NCBI GenBank assembly: GCA_009914755.4
Contig: CP086569.2
Location: 10,176,001-10,240,000, forward strand
From: the human T2T-CHM13v2.0 reference genome, Homo sapiens
DNA length: 64,000 nucleotides
Direction of reading: 5' to 3'
Shown piece by piece: positions 46,290 to 59,228 of the stretch; the stretch's first letter is position 1; the number at the start of each line of letters is the position of its first letter. The translations under genes were made by a program, and so were the position numbers. The notes under the pieces were generated by a model. It saw only the letters and a program-made list of their open reading frames with translations, did no database searches and had not been told where the DNA came from.

Positions 46290-48480
46290 AAACACGAAAA
46301 GACACCAAGTCCCTGTCGGTACAAATCACAGATGTGCTTCCGAGTTACTGAGGCACGGTGCAAATTTGTCAGTGCCCTTAGCATCTGTGGCCCACGTGCA
46401 CGGATATTCAGTGGAAGAAGCATTACACAGCCTGTATAATTCAGCACGATCTGTGATAATACCAGAAGAAGGGATCTCATGTGAAATCACTAGACTGAAT
46501 TGCACGTAGGATTCAAGGAAGAAGCCCAGTCTGCTGCATTCACTCGGTGGGGTGGCAATATGGCTGAGCCACCAACCCGTGGCACGCCCATCCATCGTAG
46601 ACAGTTCCTGGTTTGCTACCTGCCTTGGAAAAAGCTCCTCCCCTACCACCACTTTAAAACAGGCTAGCTCCAAAACTAGCCCTGGCATCTATTTACGGTC
46701 ATTTTCTTATCTATTTACCTCCTAGAAAAATCATTGCAAGACCCTTTCCTCAACATTTTCCTATGCCTTAAATTTGGGGCAACACGTTTTAAGACGACCT
46801 CGTTATAGGCAAGTCCCCAGACGTTTCCTAATCTGAGTTGCCCAGAGTGCACACACCAATCTGTTGCCCCATTGCCGCTATAGGGATACCGTACTGGACC
46901 ACAGTGTCTTTGACATGCACACAGTAGGATAGAGGGCAGCTTGAGGGGGCCAAAGGGTTCCGACTGTTTTCAGAATAATTTGCTTAGAACACCTGTTTCT
47001 CCTGTGTTTGTGGGTCAGGGGGACGGTAGTCAGAGGAGGACAAGACTCCCGCTCCAGAGCTTCAGAGGTCTGCATAGGAGCAGGGACAAAACCGGGCGAT
47101 AGATTTTCAAAGCTCAACTGCTTTGACACCGAGCAGGAGGGGTAGAATGCATATTGCAGGCACCACAACAGATTCAGGAACTTTGACTGTCAAACCCTCT
47201 TCCCTGAAACAACATAGCTCTTCTCACAGAAGCTGTGCTGACCAGAGTCTATACGGGACAGCAATGTTAGCACTCTAGTAGCGTGTGGTCAACATGGATG
47301 CTCGTGTTGGAACTGTTTCATCTGGGAACAGGAAAGAAAGTTCTGCCTCCGACACTGAAATCCTCCTGCCCCATCCTTGACAGAGGCAACCCCTTGTCTT
47401 GTGCAGACACACGTGTTCCTGGGAAGCAGCCTCCCACTCGCGAATGAAAGCTGTATGTTTTGTCCTCCTGTGTGAGGCTTGCAAAACATATTCCGCAACT
47501 ATATTCGCTTTACGTTCTAAACCTTAGGCAAACTATGCTGAAGAGGCCACAGAAAATTTAGGGGCCCTGGGCTCCAGATACAATCTGCAGTGCCAATCAC
47601 GAGGGAGAACAGAGCCTCACTAGACTTTGCAAGAGCACAAAATGCACTCGTACTGTTGTTAGCTACATACGTTATTGGCTCCTCACCTAACACAGAATCT
47701 TGGAGAAAAGCTTAAAACAACTAAAGATGTAAACATCAACAAGAGTGTCCATATCCTGGGTCATCAAGTGACAAGAGAGTCCATGGATGGATTCTCCAAC
47801 AATCTTATATTCCACTAATCCACCCCCTTTCCCCTCACTTCTGTAAGTTTCTGTTTTCCCTTAGTCATCTATGCCAAAAGCGTATCCTGAATGCCTTCCC
47901 ACATGCCTCTGTCACCTTTCCCACAGTCCCTCCATACACCTTACATGCCCATTTCTTCTCACGTTGATGTTTTAGAAGTCCTGAGAGGCTGATTGTCCCA
48001 GAAAAGGATCATGCATTCACCTTTAAAAGAACATGTGGATTCAACACGAAAGCGAACTTTAAGATTTCCATCATCCTGTGCTTAGCTACTGTGTATGATG
48101 ATACCCAAAATGAAGGATTTTGGAGGTCCCAGCAAACTGGGCCCTGGAAACCCAGTAACCCCATTCCTTGAACTATCTCTGCTTCCATAGGACGAAGTCA
48201 GCCTCCAACTAAGCTGTCTTTTGCTTTTACCTCTCCCACTCTGTCCTGTAGGAAGAATCCCAACACATCCCACACCCATTCACTCTACAACTTTAGAGGC
48301 CCAGCTCCAACGCAGACTGGTTATTTCCATGAAGAGAATAAAGCACGTGGATTGATCAATTCATTATGACACCCGAATAAAGTGGATAAACATACACACA
48401 CACACACACACACACAAACACAAAGACACACACACACACACAGACACAGAGTCACACATCCTTGAGAATGTTTATTTTTC
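46290..48480. other. 2.2-kb segment present only in unit 2 (indel relative to unit 1 at about 28170-28200)
   Basis: Unit 1 reads aaatatacgcaaatacagacacacggttggtagtttaaacctgtctgattttctgtgactggatctgtttttcctttag. Unit 2 reads aaacatacgcaaccacaaacacacacgtgctactttaaacacg ... 2.2 kb ... ctgaatttttgtgactcgatctctttttcctttag. A (CA)n-rich tract sits at 48396-48450 at the right edge. Confidence 0.8.
48396..48450. repeat. (CA)n-rich microsatellite
   Basis: acacacacacacacacacacaaacacaaagacacacacacacacagacacagag. Confidence 0.9.
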
Positions 48481-48646
48481 ATTCCATACAATCCACATTT
48501 ACCCCCTCTTCCTGAATTTTTGTGACTCGATCTCTTTTTCCTTTAGTTCCTGTGCATAAGACCATGCTGAGTACTGCTGTCCTGCATATGGCTGTAACTT
48601 TTTAGGAGTTCTGCTGTATTAGGTAAAATCTGATGCTCCATCATAT

Positions 48647-48669
48647 TCAACTCAACAACTGGGAGTCCC
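48647..48669 (-). CDS. TSPY1: TSPY exon 6 coding part (stop codon at 48647-48649)
   Basis: Minus strand tgtgtttctctag|gggactcccagttgttgagttga gives (G)DSQLLS*; the remainder of the exon is 3'UTR. Confidence 0.7.
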
Positions 48670-51203
48670 CTAGAGAAACACAAACTCATGTTAAAACGCA
48701 TTTTCTCTGAGCCATACTTTGAAATGTTTCAATTGTGGGGCCCGCTGAGAAAAGGATATCCCTTCCCCATTTGTGATCCCTTAAACTTCCTCCTACCACG
48801 TGTTACAAACTGTTCTGCGCAATCCCTGCCCCATTCCCAGTATTGTCTGTGAGGGGAGTCAGCTAACAAGATGCACTGGGCCCTAAAAGCACACACAAGT
48901 CTGATGGGGCAACAGCTTAAGGAAATCCATGAATCTAAACAGTCCTTTGTGGTTTGGGGCAAGGATGACCAGGACGCACATTCAGGGAGCCCAATCTCAT
49001 GGGGTTGGTGGGATGACTGCCGGTGGGGTTGACAGCCGTGGAATCAAGTGCCACAGACTGAACTGAATGATTTTCAGCTTTACTTCTCATTGATTCTGGA
49101 AATGGACGATTCTTCACTGGGCTTAAGACTCCACAGCTATCACCCGCTTTGCAGTGCAGTCTCTAACGTGCCTTTTCAGCCCAATGCCATGAACGTCCTG
49201 GATTCTGTCACTCTCTGTCTTCCTCTCAAGGAATTTCTACATGTACGAAAGGAGCCTCAATTTCTACATTTCTGAAATGAGCACCCAGGCTCCCTGAATA
49301 GGCAGGTGTGTCAACCCCCTTATACTGGGCATCAAACAGCTCCAGTGCCAACTAACGGCTCACCTGACGTCTCTGTTCCCTCTTCAGGTGGCTTCATCCT
49401 CTTGTAGTATTGCAGGGGATTGCGCCACAGGTCCTTACATAGGATCTGTCAGGGGACTCAATCGGGAAAGGCCTCATCAGGGCTCAGAAAGGTGACCCAA
49501 GCAGCTGGGAACACACGGGGTCATTCCTCATGTTTCCCAGTGAGGACTCACCTCAGCAATCTTGTTAGATCCTGCGAAGTTGTGGTCAGAGAACCAGTTG
49601 AAGAAGTTAAGGCTGCTGTTGTGGTGTCTGCGGCGATAGGCCTCCACTTCATAATCCGGATACCACTCAATTGGAGTGGAATGAGAAGCCCTGTATTCTA
49701 CAGAGACAGGAGTTTTTGTGGGAAGGGGGCTGGATCCCGTTGGCAATGATCCACCCACCATCTTCCTTCCACTACCCATCCTGGGAGCCACCTGTCACCT
49801 GTGATGTTCACCAGATATTCCTTGGTAATCACTTTATTCTGGAAGTAGGGGTTACTCCGAAAGAACAACATGATCTTGCAGAGATGAACACGATGCTTCT
49901 CTTCTTCCACCTGTCAGGACAAGGTGGAGAAAGCTTAGATAGGTTTTCGGGTGAGGTGCTCACTCTTGCTTACAGGAATGAATTATTTCCCTTACCCTCC
50001 CCCGCTAAACCCTCCAGCCCCAGTCTTCCTGGCCTCACCTCCAGGCTGACCATGTAGCTCAGCATGTCTTCATCTTCGTCAGTGATCAGGGCTGACATCT
50101 GGGGGTGGTTTGCAATCTGATTTAGGTCAAAGAGACTTTAATGGAAGGGAAAGCGAGGAGCAACAGGGAAGAAGGCCTAAGAGCACCCAGAGGCTGGGGT
50201 AGGGGATTTCTCAGATCTGCTTCCATGTATGATCTCCTTTCGCCTCCCCGTCCCCGTAAACTAAGGCCTCCTGTGTTCACAGAGGGTGTATGATTCTGAG
50301 GCTGACTGCACTGACATGGGGAGGCGCGATTTGCAGAGACTTGCTGGTGTCTGAGGAGTGGCAGAATCTGCTTATAGCCGAAGACGCCCAGTCCCAGATC
50401 GGACTAGCAAGGGGCAGCAATCACACTCCCTTAAAAATAGCTTCATTCACTGAAAAACCTCTTCCGCTCTGAACTCGCTTCTGCTCTTCAAAAAGATGCC
50501 CCAAACGTCTGCTGCTCGGCATCACCAAGGGTTTCTCTGCCGCATGCAGGACAATAGTACCCACGCCTTCTCCGCCTTTCCACAGCCACATTGGTCCGTG
50601 GCAACTCCCCTTTGTTCCCCAAAGAGTCACATCGACGCCGAGCTGCCCATCGGTCACTTACACTTCCCCGAGAGCACCTCTCCACTAGAAAGGCCGAAGA
50701 AACACTGAGAAGGATACAACATTGGCCCAGAAGCCAGGGACGCTCTGGATGACGGCGCCTCTGCGGTCTAGGTGGGGCTTGCGCCTCCGCTCCATCTTTT
50801 CCCGCTGCCGAGAAAAGGCCTTCCTGGCTTGGGCATTAACCGGCTCCAGCTCCACCTGAACGGCCAGCAGCTCCTCCAGTGCAGACTCTGGGGTCATGGG
50901 CCCAGGGCCAGGCACAGCCTGCTGTGCCCGCTGGGCCTCCTCCCGCCGCTCCACGAGGCCCTCCTCCTCCGCCACCACCTCCACCTCCGCCATTATGTCA
51001 TCCAACAGCAGCACCGCCTCCTCCCCCAAAGCCGCCTGCTCACTCTCCACCCCGGCCGCCCCCTCCTGCACAGCCTCCATCCTGAAGGCGGTGCCCTCCT
51101 TGGCACTCGCACACACCAAGGCCTGTGCTGCCCGACCCACGCCACAGGAACCCTGCCGCAGCCTCTCTGGCACCCGGTAGGTCAGCGAGCCCTCAGGGCG
51201 CAT
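48647..51203 (-). CDS. TSPY1: TSPY (testis-specific protein Y-encoded), apparently intact 6-exon gene, 308 aa
   Basis: CDS is join(51203..50718, 50116..50039, 49910..49799, 49697..49552, 49445..49364, 48669..48647) on the minus strand, total 927 nt giving 308 codons plus stop. Exon 1 (ORF 50685-51290) reads [162 protein letters not shown]|gtatcc. Exon 2 is [26 protein letters not shown]|gtgagg. Exon 3 (ORF 49698-49910) is [37 protein letters not shown]. Exon 4 (ORF 49528-49791) is [49 protein letters not shown]|gtgagt. Exon 5 is [27 protein letters not shown](G)|gtgagc. Exon 6 has acceptor tttctctag| then GDSQLLS*. All junctions are GT/AG and phase-compatible. The protein matches the NAP/SET-domain TSPY as I remember it. 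Exon 5/6 coordinates are +/-2 bp. Confidence 0.85.
49364..49445 (-). CDS. TSPY1: TSPY exon 5
   Basis: Acceptor cctgacag|atcctatg...; [27 protein letters not shown]; donor gtgagccg. Confidence 0.75.
49552..49697 (-). CDS. TSPY1: TSPY exon 4
   Basis: Acceptor tctctgtag|aatac...; [12 protein letters not shown]...GSNKIAE; donor gtgagtcc. Coordinates derived from ORF 49528-49791(-). Confidence 0.8.
49799..49910 (-). CDS. TSPY1: TSPY exon 3
   Basis: ORF 49698-49910(-) begins at the exon's first codon GTG, which follows acceptor cctgacag; donor gtgacagg follows ...VNIT. Confidence 0.8.
50039..50116 (-). CDS. TSPY1: TSPY exon 2
   Basis: Acceptor aaatcag|attgcaaaccac; encodes [26 protein letters not shown]; donor gtgaggcc. 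Confidence 0.8.
50718..51203 (-). CDS. TSPY1: TSPY exon 1 (coding part)
   Basis: ORF 50685-51290(-). Met of MRPEGSL at 51201-51203. An in-frame upstream ATG at 51288-51290 ([29 protein letters not shown]) is likely 5'UTR. Donor gtatcc follows GFWANV. Confidence 0.85.
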
Positions 51204-51900
51204 GCGCCGGGCTTCCAGGCGCCCCCTAAGGGACTGCGCGCGAAGAGCCGGGGGGCCGCACCCAGGCCGACTTCCTCCCGTCGTGGCCAATCAATGGAAG
51301 GGCGGTGGGCGTCTCCCTGGGCGGCACAGCCACTGGCGGGCCTGCATCTCCAGCCCCCCCACCCCCCGCCTTCCCTGCCCAAGCCTCCTCCGAGAAGCCC
51401 TTGGAACTTGTGCCGGGTAGCTAGGCGTCCGGGCACACGCGGGCTGCGTGGCCTTTGGAATTGTGGGCATGGCAGCCCTGTGCCCTGACATCCTCAGTGT
51501 GGCAAGCCATGAACATCTCTATGTGTCATGAACACAGGAAACATCTCTCTTCATTAGGCAGGCCAGGTAGATGGTACATAAGGAATATTGCAGATCCAGA
51601 GGAGAACTTTCTCTGGTTGCTGGGGCGAGGGCGGCGGGGGTGGCCTAGCAGAAGTGAGTCGGGGCGGGTATGTGGGAGGAAAGTCACCTGCTTGTGCAGA
51701 GGTGGAATTCGTCTGCACTGTAGGCTAGAACCCTGGCATGTACTCTCGCAGGTCGAGGCAAATACAGGCTCCGAGTACCATGCTTCCTCCCTGAGGATGC
51801 TGTACTCCAAGGAGCATTCCAAAGGGCCTCTAGTCCTGTGCCCTGGGCACACCAGAGGCCAGCCGCCAGGGTTGGCCATTGTCGGCCTGCGCGCACGCTG
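51203..51900 (-). promoter_or_regulatory. CpG-island promoter of the unit 2 TSPY, with CCAAT and GC boxes
   Basis: tcgtggccaatcaatggaagggcggtgggcg at about 51283-51315. High CpG density through about 51900. Confidence 0.7.
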
Positions 51901-52227
51901 TTGTGCACTGCCTTGACGACCCAGAGGCTCCCGCACCCGCAGCAGCCGCTGCGGTGCCTGCTGGTGGGGCTCTGGAAGCACAGGGCCTCGGCCTCTGGCT
52001 TCTGAGCTCCTATGCGCAGTTGACCCTGCTGTGGTCCTGAGCCCCACGGCGAGTGCGGCCATCTGCGGGCCCAGCGGGGCTCCTCAGGAAACCTGGGTCC
52101 ATGTAGGTGTGGGACTAGGTTTTCAGCAGGGAGAGGCCCGTGGGTCTTTCACGGAGCGGGCCTCTTGGGGAGCAGCCCCCAGAGCATAGGGATACCGGGG
52201 ATGTGCTGGGCTGTGCAGGCCAGGGTC

Positions 52228-52515
52228 TGTGGGAGCACCCAGGAGGGCACCGTGTTCAGGCTGGAGGCTCTGCTGGAGAGGACGGCCGGGGTACAGAGCA
52301 AGGAGGCAGCCTTGGAAGAGGAGGCGGTGCTGAAGGTGGAAGACATAATGGCTGAGGTGGAGGTGGTGGTTGAGGAGGAGACTGACGTGGGGTGGCAGAA
52401 GGAGGGCCAGCGGGCACAGCTTGGCCCTGGACCCAGCACACCCAGGCCATCAATGGACTCGCTGGAGGTCCTTCACTTGGAGGTAGACTCCGTGAATGCC
52501 CCTGTGGCCTGGGCT
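52228..52515 (+). other. Inverted, diverged TSPY exon-1-like segment upstream of TSPY (unit 2)
   Basis: ORF 52165-52863(+) reads ...[94 protein letters not shown]. Confidence 0.8.
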
Positions 52516-53589
52516 TCTGGGACAGAGCCATATCCTTGCAGCTGCCGATTCCAGATGGCTGGCAGCAGGGGATGGGCATCGGGCTTCGTGGGGGCATGGG
52601 GGCTGTTGGGGGAGGAGCCAGGAGGAGGCACATGGGGTGAGCCAGGAGGCAGGGGATGGGGGACAGGATGGGAGCCGAGGTCACGTTCCTGCAGCTGTGA
52701 GGGCAGCTTGCTTGTAGCAGCACTGGGAGCACGTGGTAGGGAAGGGGAGCCGAGCACAGCACTCACAAGGGAGAATCGCGGCGCCAGAGTCCCTTCACGC
52801 ACAGCACAATGTCAAAGGGCATGTTTCCCTGGGAATGTCCTGGAGGAAGGGGAGTCTGCATGACATTGCCAGCCATTGAATCACCCCCGCTCTCAGTGCC
52901 CGTTTCCAGAAGGCTCGCCCCAGAAACACAAGGTGCTTAAGACTCGGGTTAGCGGTACATGGGGCTGCCGACCTCCACAAGGCAGGTACTAGCTCCCCAG
53001 ATATGCTTTCTTCTGCCTGCCGGCGCTGCACCCAAAGGGTTATAGCCCCTGAGCGTATATAACCTCCTTTGCACCCACCCAGTCCCCATGGGGAGCGCCA
53101 GGAACTACCCTGCAGCCCCTTCTAACTACAGGGCTTCCTCAGGCAGACAGGTCCACCCCTCAGGGAGACTAGGATAAGAAGACACCACACACCCGGACAT
53201 CAGCAGAGCATGTCCAGCACCCAGCAAGCAAAGGCCTCCTGCAGCTCATGAACCCAGAGAAGCAGCCGCCTCACACCACCCTGCCCCCGCCCCTGCCCCT
53301 CAGCTGCAACCACCTGCCCACTTTTTCTGCCTCCCGTCTCTGGTCAGCCCAGGCCGTCTTGGCCGGGGTCCAGCCACCCCAAAAACCACCACAGTTGTGG
53401 CATTGCCTCCTCACCAGACAGAAACAGAGGATCAACATCGGAGCGTGACAGGCCAAATGTCTGGGAGATATCCCTGCTCCACATTCTCTGTGCTCTTGCA
53501 GAATTGCAGGCGTCAGGAGGCTTGCCCACTGAATCATCTGGAGACTCCTTGACCAGATGTAGATTGTTTGGCACACCAGATGTTGACCT

Positions 53590-55080
53590 GGGTTGGAAAC
53601 CATGATGAAGTGATGGATTTGCAGGTCAGGCTGGGGAGCCTGGGTCTGTGGGAGGGGTCCAGTGTCTGAGTCAGTTTGAGGTCCCCCTGGGGTCCAGGGT
53701 TGTCTCAGTTGCAAAGCTGGGAATGGGAAATTCATGCTTCACTCCAGCTAGCAGGCCACCTCAGCCCAGCTAGATGAAATGGTCCCATTGAATCCATACT
53801 CTTTCTCCTTCTTGGTTAGGCAGGTGGAGGAACTCAGGCATCCCTGTTACCGGCAGCAAGATGAAGATTTCCTTTTGTCACAGCCTTTATTTCCACAATG
53901 AAGTGATCAGTAAGTAGTACTGCATTGGCATCCTCGGTAAGGAGTGCCTCCTAGCATGGTAGGGGAGCCGGTATGTGGGAGGGTAGGTCTAGGATGAACC
54001 TTCCTGACTCCTCTCCCTCCAGGGTACAGGGTATCTCATTCCACTGCAGTCCAGTTGTTCTGGGATCATGAAGGTCAAGCCTCCAGCTGCAGGCAGTACA
54101 CCTCCTACCTGAGCTTTTTCACCTGTTTGGCTGAACATGACTGCCCGGGTTTTGGTAGGATTGCTGAGGTGAGGTTCACCATGGGGCATCATGGGAAAGG
54201 ACCTCGCTGGGCATTCCTTGGTCTCTGGGGAATTGGCATTAAACTGTGACATGAACTGTCCTGGACCCACTTCTGCAGTCCCCTAGATCATCAGCCAGGG
54301 CCTATGGCTCAATCCATTGCAGTTCTATTCCATGGTGGGAGGGACAGCATTTTAGAGGGAACAGAGGCCAGGGAACAGCCTAGGGCTGGGAACTGAGAGG
54401 TCTTTCAGTCCTGGATCTGTGCCCCACAGGGAGAACCCAAGGATCATGCAGGAAACTGCAATGAGCAATCCCAGGCCATCCATTGGTTGGGGGAGAAAGG
54501 CCCATCGGTGAACTGCAACACCCACATTTCAGGATTGGGGAACCTTAAGCCACTACAATGCATATGTGACTAAGATCAGTGGGTGAGAAGCAGAGCTTAA
54601 GGGATAGCTGTCTCATCATCACTTGCCAGCTCCCTCCCTTGCCCTGAGACCTCCTACCACCTGAGACTCAGTTTGAGCTCATCCAGGACCCTCTCCCTCT
54701 CTACACAGATATCCACCTGAGGCCCATCTAAGTCTACATTCCTTCAGAATGTTTCTCCCAGGTCTGTCATGTTCTGTTTTGATGACCCCGGGCTGCCCTG
54801 ATATGTTATCCTCTCTGCTATCCTCACTCCAACTGCCCTGCCTTCCCATATAAGACAGTCCACTTCACAGGGAATCTGGAGGAATGCACTGGGTTCCAGT
54901 GTGATGAAATGTTCTATTATCTCCATGTACATGTATTTTAGAGCTTCCTCCAGGACTGGAAATGTGAAGAGATTGCAAAATGGCTGGGGACCTTCAGTAT
55001 GTGTCCAGGGAGGGAACCTGGCTGGGAATTAAGGCCCACCTGAGTAATGGTATGGACATCCAGTGTCAGTTATCTTGATA
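53590..55080. repeat. Intra-unit paralogous segment B (unit 2)
   Basis: Parallel to 33290-34760; ORFs 53989-54270(-) and 54055-54249(+). Confidence 0.75.
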
Positions 55081-55594
55081 AAGACCTGCTTTGTTACATC
55101 ACCTACTATTAATATAAAAGTTAATTTCTTAGAATATTGAAAAAACAAATTTAAGTGCAAAGAAAAATAATTTCTTCATAATTGTATGGAAAAACTGCAG
55201 AAGGATCCATTTTCCATTATAAATATTATGAGAGACTTGAAGTGTTTATCAAGTTTTAAGATATATTTTTATTGTTCTACTCCTGGCAATTGTTATGATC
55301 ATTTTTGCAATACAGGGACATGGACTCTGGAAAGTTTTTGAGGGACTTTCAGCTTCTTTTAGAGTACTTAGTCGTAAATTTTGAATTTTTTTCCCCTGTG
55401 GTTCTTTTCACTTTACTATTTGTACTTTATATGCAAGGTGTTAATTGTGTTTTCTTATTTGCCTCTTCTGGAACTTTTGTTTTCAAGGATTTTCTTTTTC
55501 AGTTAGATATGTGAGTTTGCCTCTGAGCACTTTTTCTAGCATAGATTTTTTTTTTAAATTCATTAGTTTTTGGGGGGGTGTGTGTGTTTGTTTG

Positions 55595-55862
55595 TTTTCA
55601 GATGAAGTCTCGATCTGTCATCCAGGCTGAAGTTAAGTGGCAAAATCTCGTCTCACTGCAACATCTGCCTCCCAGCTTCAAACGATTCCCCTGCCTTAGC
55701 CTTCTGAGGAGCTGGGATTACAGGCACATGTCCTGCTAATTTTTCTATTTTTAGTAGAGACTGGTTTCACCGTATTTGCCAGACTGGTCTCATACTGCTG
55801 TGATCTGCCTGCACTGGCCTCCCAAAATGCTGGGCTTCCAGGTGTGAGCCACCACGCCCAGC
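55595..55862 (-). mobile_element. Alu, full length in unit 2 (only an 85-bp remnant in unit 1 at 35365-35450)
   Basis: gttttcagatgaagtctcgatctgtcatccaggctgaagttaagtggc...cctcccaaaatgctgggcttccaggtgtgagccaccacgcccagcc. Confidence 0.85.
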
Positions 55863-57531
55863 CTCATTTGTTTGTTAATGTATTTTAATCATTATTATAT
55901 TTTCTTCATGTACATGTATTTTATAATTATTGAAATAATGTATTATATTTACTTAATACTTTTGTAGGATTTTATATGTAATATTTTCGCTCACCAAATA
56001 CAGTATTGTGTATAGGTTAACCTTGTATAGTATTGTCATTCTGTCTTTCATAAATTATTCAAGAACTCCAATACTGTTTTTCCCCAACCTGAGGAGAACA
56101 TGCAGATAGTTATAAAAAATTGTGCGAGGGGGTAAGTATGAAAATATAATCTGAAAGAATAATCAAATTCACAAATAAATTTCACATTTGTATTTTGCAT
56201 CATTTTGAAAATTTTATTTGCTGACACATGAAATTCTGTATTCACCTTCATGTTAAATATACACTTTTGAATCAATTTCAAGAATGAAAGCAATCCAAGG
56301 CCATGCATTAGTTCAGGAAGTAGAAAGCAGTTGTTATGTAGAAAAAGATCATATTTAATGAAGGTATATTTAGAGAGATCTTAGAAGGCTTAAGTCAATA
56401 TTTTTGTTTTTGTTGTTTTGGTGTTTTATCATACTGTGACCAGACTGTAGCATCAATAGTTATAGTCACTAGGCTACCAAAGTCTCAGAGCTGCAGTAAT
56501 TATTATTGAGGAAAGTGGCAGTGTGGTTGGCTCTTTAAGGAGAGTAGAGGACTTAGGAGTTTCCACCCAAGCCACAACGGCCTGATTTAGTGGGTGGCCT
56601 TCTTTTGCTGAAGCAGATAAGATACAGGAGAAGTGTGGACTCACTGTAGTAGCTAGGGCTTTGAGACTGGTAAAGCATATTTGTCCCCTAGTGCCATTGC
56701 CAGATATTGGTCTGCGCATAATGACATTTTCTGGACTCACTGACTCCTGTAAATTCAAACGTAGAATTTGGATTTAAATCCCTATTCCAACTTCTTAAAC
56801 TTAGAATTAATAAGTGGGTGATAAAATATGTATTCAGAAGAAAGGCAGACATCAGATAAGTACATAAGTAAATCTTCCTGGTAAAATACCTTCAAAAGTG
56901 TTACTACAAAAAAATCACTGAAGAGCATACCTTAAACAAGTTATTTTACTTGGAGAAATAGAAAAATGTTGGAGTCGTTTTATATACAATGTCTAATTTG
57001 TTTGAAGAACAGCATACTATCTCTTTAGTATGGCTAGAGATTAATAACTCATGTAAGAAAACTCAGATTGACAATAAAATTTTTCAGAGATTTTGTTCTG
57101 TAATTAAAGACTTTTAAAATGGTTTCCTACTGATCAATGATTCACTTATATTTATCATTTAGGCATATGCTGTATACCCTTCTATACAGGGACAAAGTTA
57201 TAGTTTCTATCATGTAGATAGAAAAGAATTTGACTGTGTACCACATTTGCATTAATGTCTTTGACCTGAGTAATGAAGCAAACAATGGAACTGTCTATGT
57301 CAGGTTACAGGTGGGCACAGCTGGAAGCTTCCATCACTTGTGCTTTAACATTTCTGCATTCTCATCAGTCTCTCCTGGAAAGAAAATGGACTATAACTAT
57401 CCTAAAGAACATATGTTACATGTAGACACTAAGTATTGAGATAAAACCTTGATTTGTCTTATCACTGTCTCGTCATTACATTTGTATGTGTAACTTACAC
57501 AGAGAAATTCAGTTTATTTTATCACCATTAA

Positions 57532-58160
<629 letters not shown>

Positions 58161-58659
58161 ACAACATTGTCATTCTTTAATCACTTTTTAAATGCCACTC
58201 TTCAAAAGTAACAAGTAAATTTTACTTAAGAAATTCCAAATGCCAAGTCAAGTTCAGCTTCATTTTCATAAAGAGGTAAAAAGAAAACAAATCAAAAAAC
58301 CTTCTTTTTCCTTTGTTTTGAAGTTAGCAAAGAGTTGGAAAACCAATCATGTCTACTTTGGTTTACAAAATTGACTGTACAGAGAAAGATCCTCATATAA
58401 ATGTTTTCAGATCTAAAATCTTGTGAAGTTATCATCAGAACCATCATCTTATAAAACAAAAACACATTTCCTAGTGGGTCTCTTGTGTGGATTAAACATC
58501 TTATTATTAGTAATGTATACAATTGTGATTACAGTTACTCCTTGAAACATAATATTAAAAATACAAATCTCATTTATTTTTTACAACTGCTACCCCAGTG
58601 AGAAAAAATAACACTGACCTGGTGTAATAATTTGTGCCCCAGAGAGCCAGCCTTCTGGA

Positions 58660-58864
58660 CTATTCAGATTCTTCAGACAGCCGGAGTGCTGAGAGCCGAA
58701 TGGGAGTCTGGACATCTTGGAGGAGTAGCAATGCCAGGATATTTCTTGCTGCTCCACTCACCAACCAGAATCTCTCATGCAGCAGAATGGTAGACACCTT
58801 CACAACTCTCAGTTGTGCCCCAGGATGCCTCAGGCCCAGTATCACAGCAGTGTCTTCAGGACTC
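58660..58864 (-). pseudogene. Serine protease (prostasin/testisin-like, S1 family) exon with Asp-region motifs, ending in a stop
   Basis: Acceptor gatgcacacag|g. It encodes (M)SPEDTAVILGLRHPGAQLRVVKVSTILLHERFWLVSGAARNILALLLLQDVQTPIRLSALRLSEESE*. Prostasin has ...[60 protein letters not shown]. ORF 58660-58845(-) covers most of it. Confidence 0.6.
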
Positions 58865-59228
58865 CTGTGTGCATCGGCAAAGATTTATTACAATACATTC
58901 ATTAGAAAACCTGAACCTTAAACCTACATCAGGCTTTCTAGCATATTTCTTTATTTATGATACATAAGGTCCCTAGCTCATCTTCAGAGAAATCAGAAAT
59001 CTATGGATAAAGAGTTCATAGACAAGGGGATTGCAGAGGAATTGACTAACAGAGGTACTAATAAGCCAAACACTGTGACAAAATTTCTTTTTAGCCTAAA
59101 ACAAAAATGTTATCCATATAAGTGAGATGCTCATGTATTATAGAAGTGAATTAGGAAGAGAAACCTTCAGCAATGTACTTATGGGATCATAAATCATAGG
59201 ATATGGGAAGAGGCAGGCACAAACTTAC

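Noticed and set aside
52165-52863. 232-aa plus-strand ORF that includes the inverted exon-1-like segment
   Set aside because: Only the central about 95 aa resemble TSPY exon 1. The rest is Gly/Trp/Arg-rich GC translation and the frame is not conserved in unit 1 (the ORF there is 162 aa with a different tail). I report the homology segment but not a CDS.
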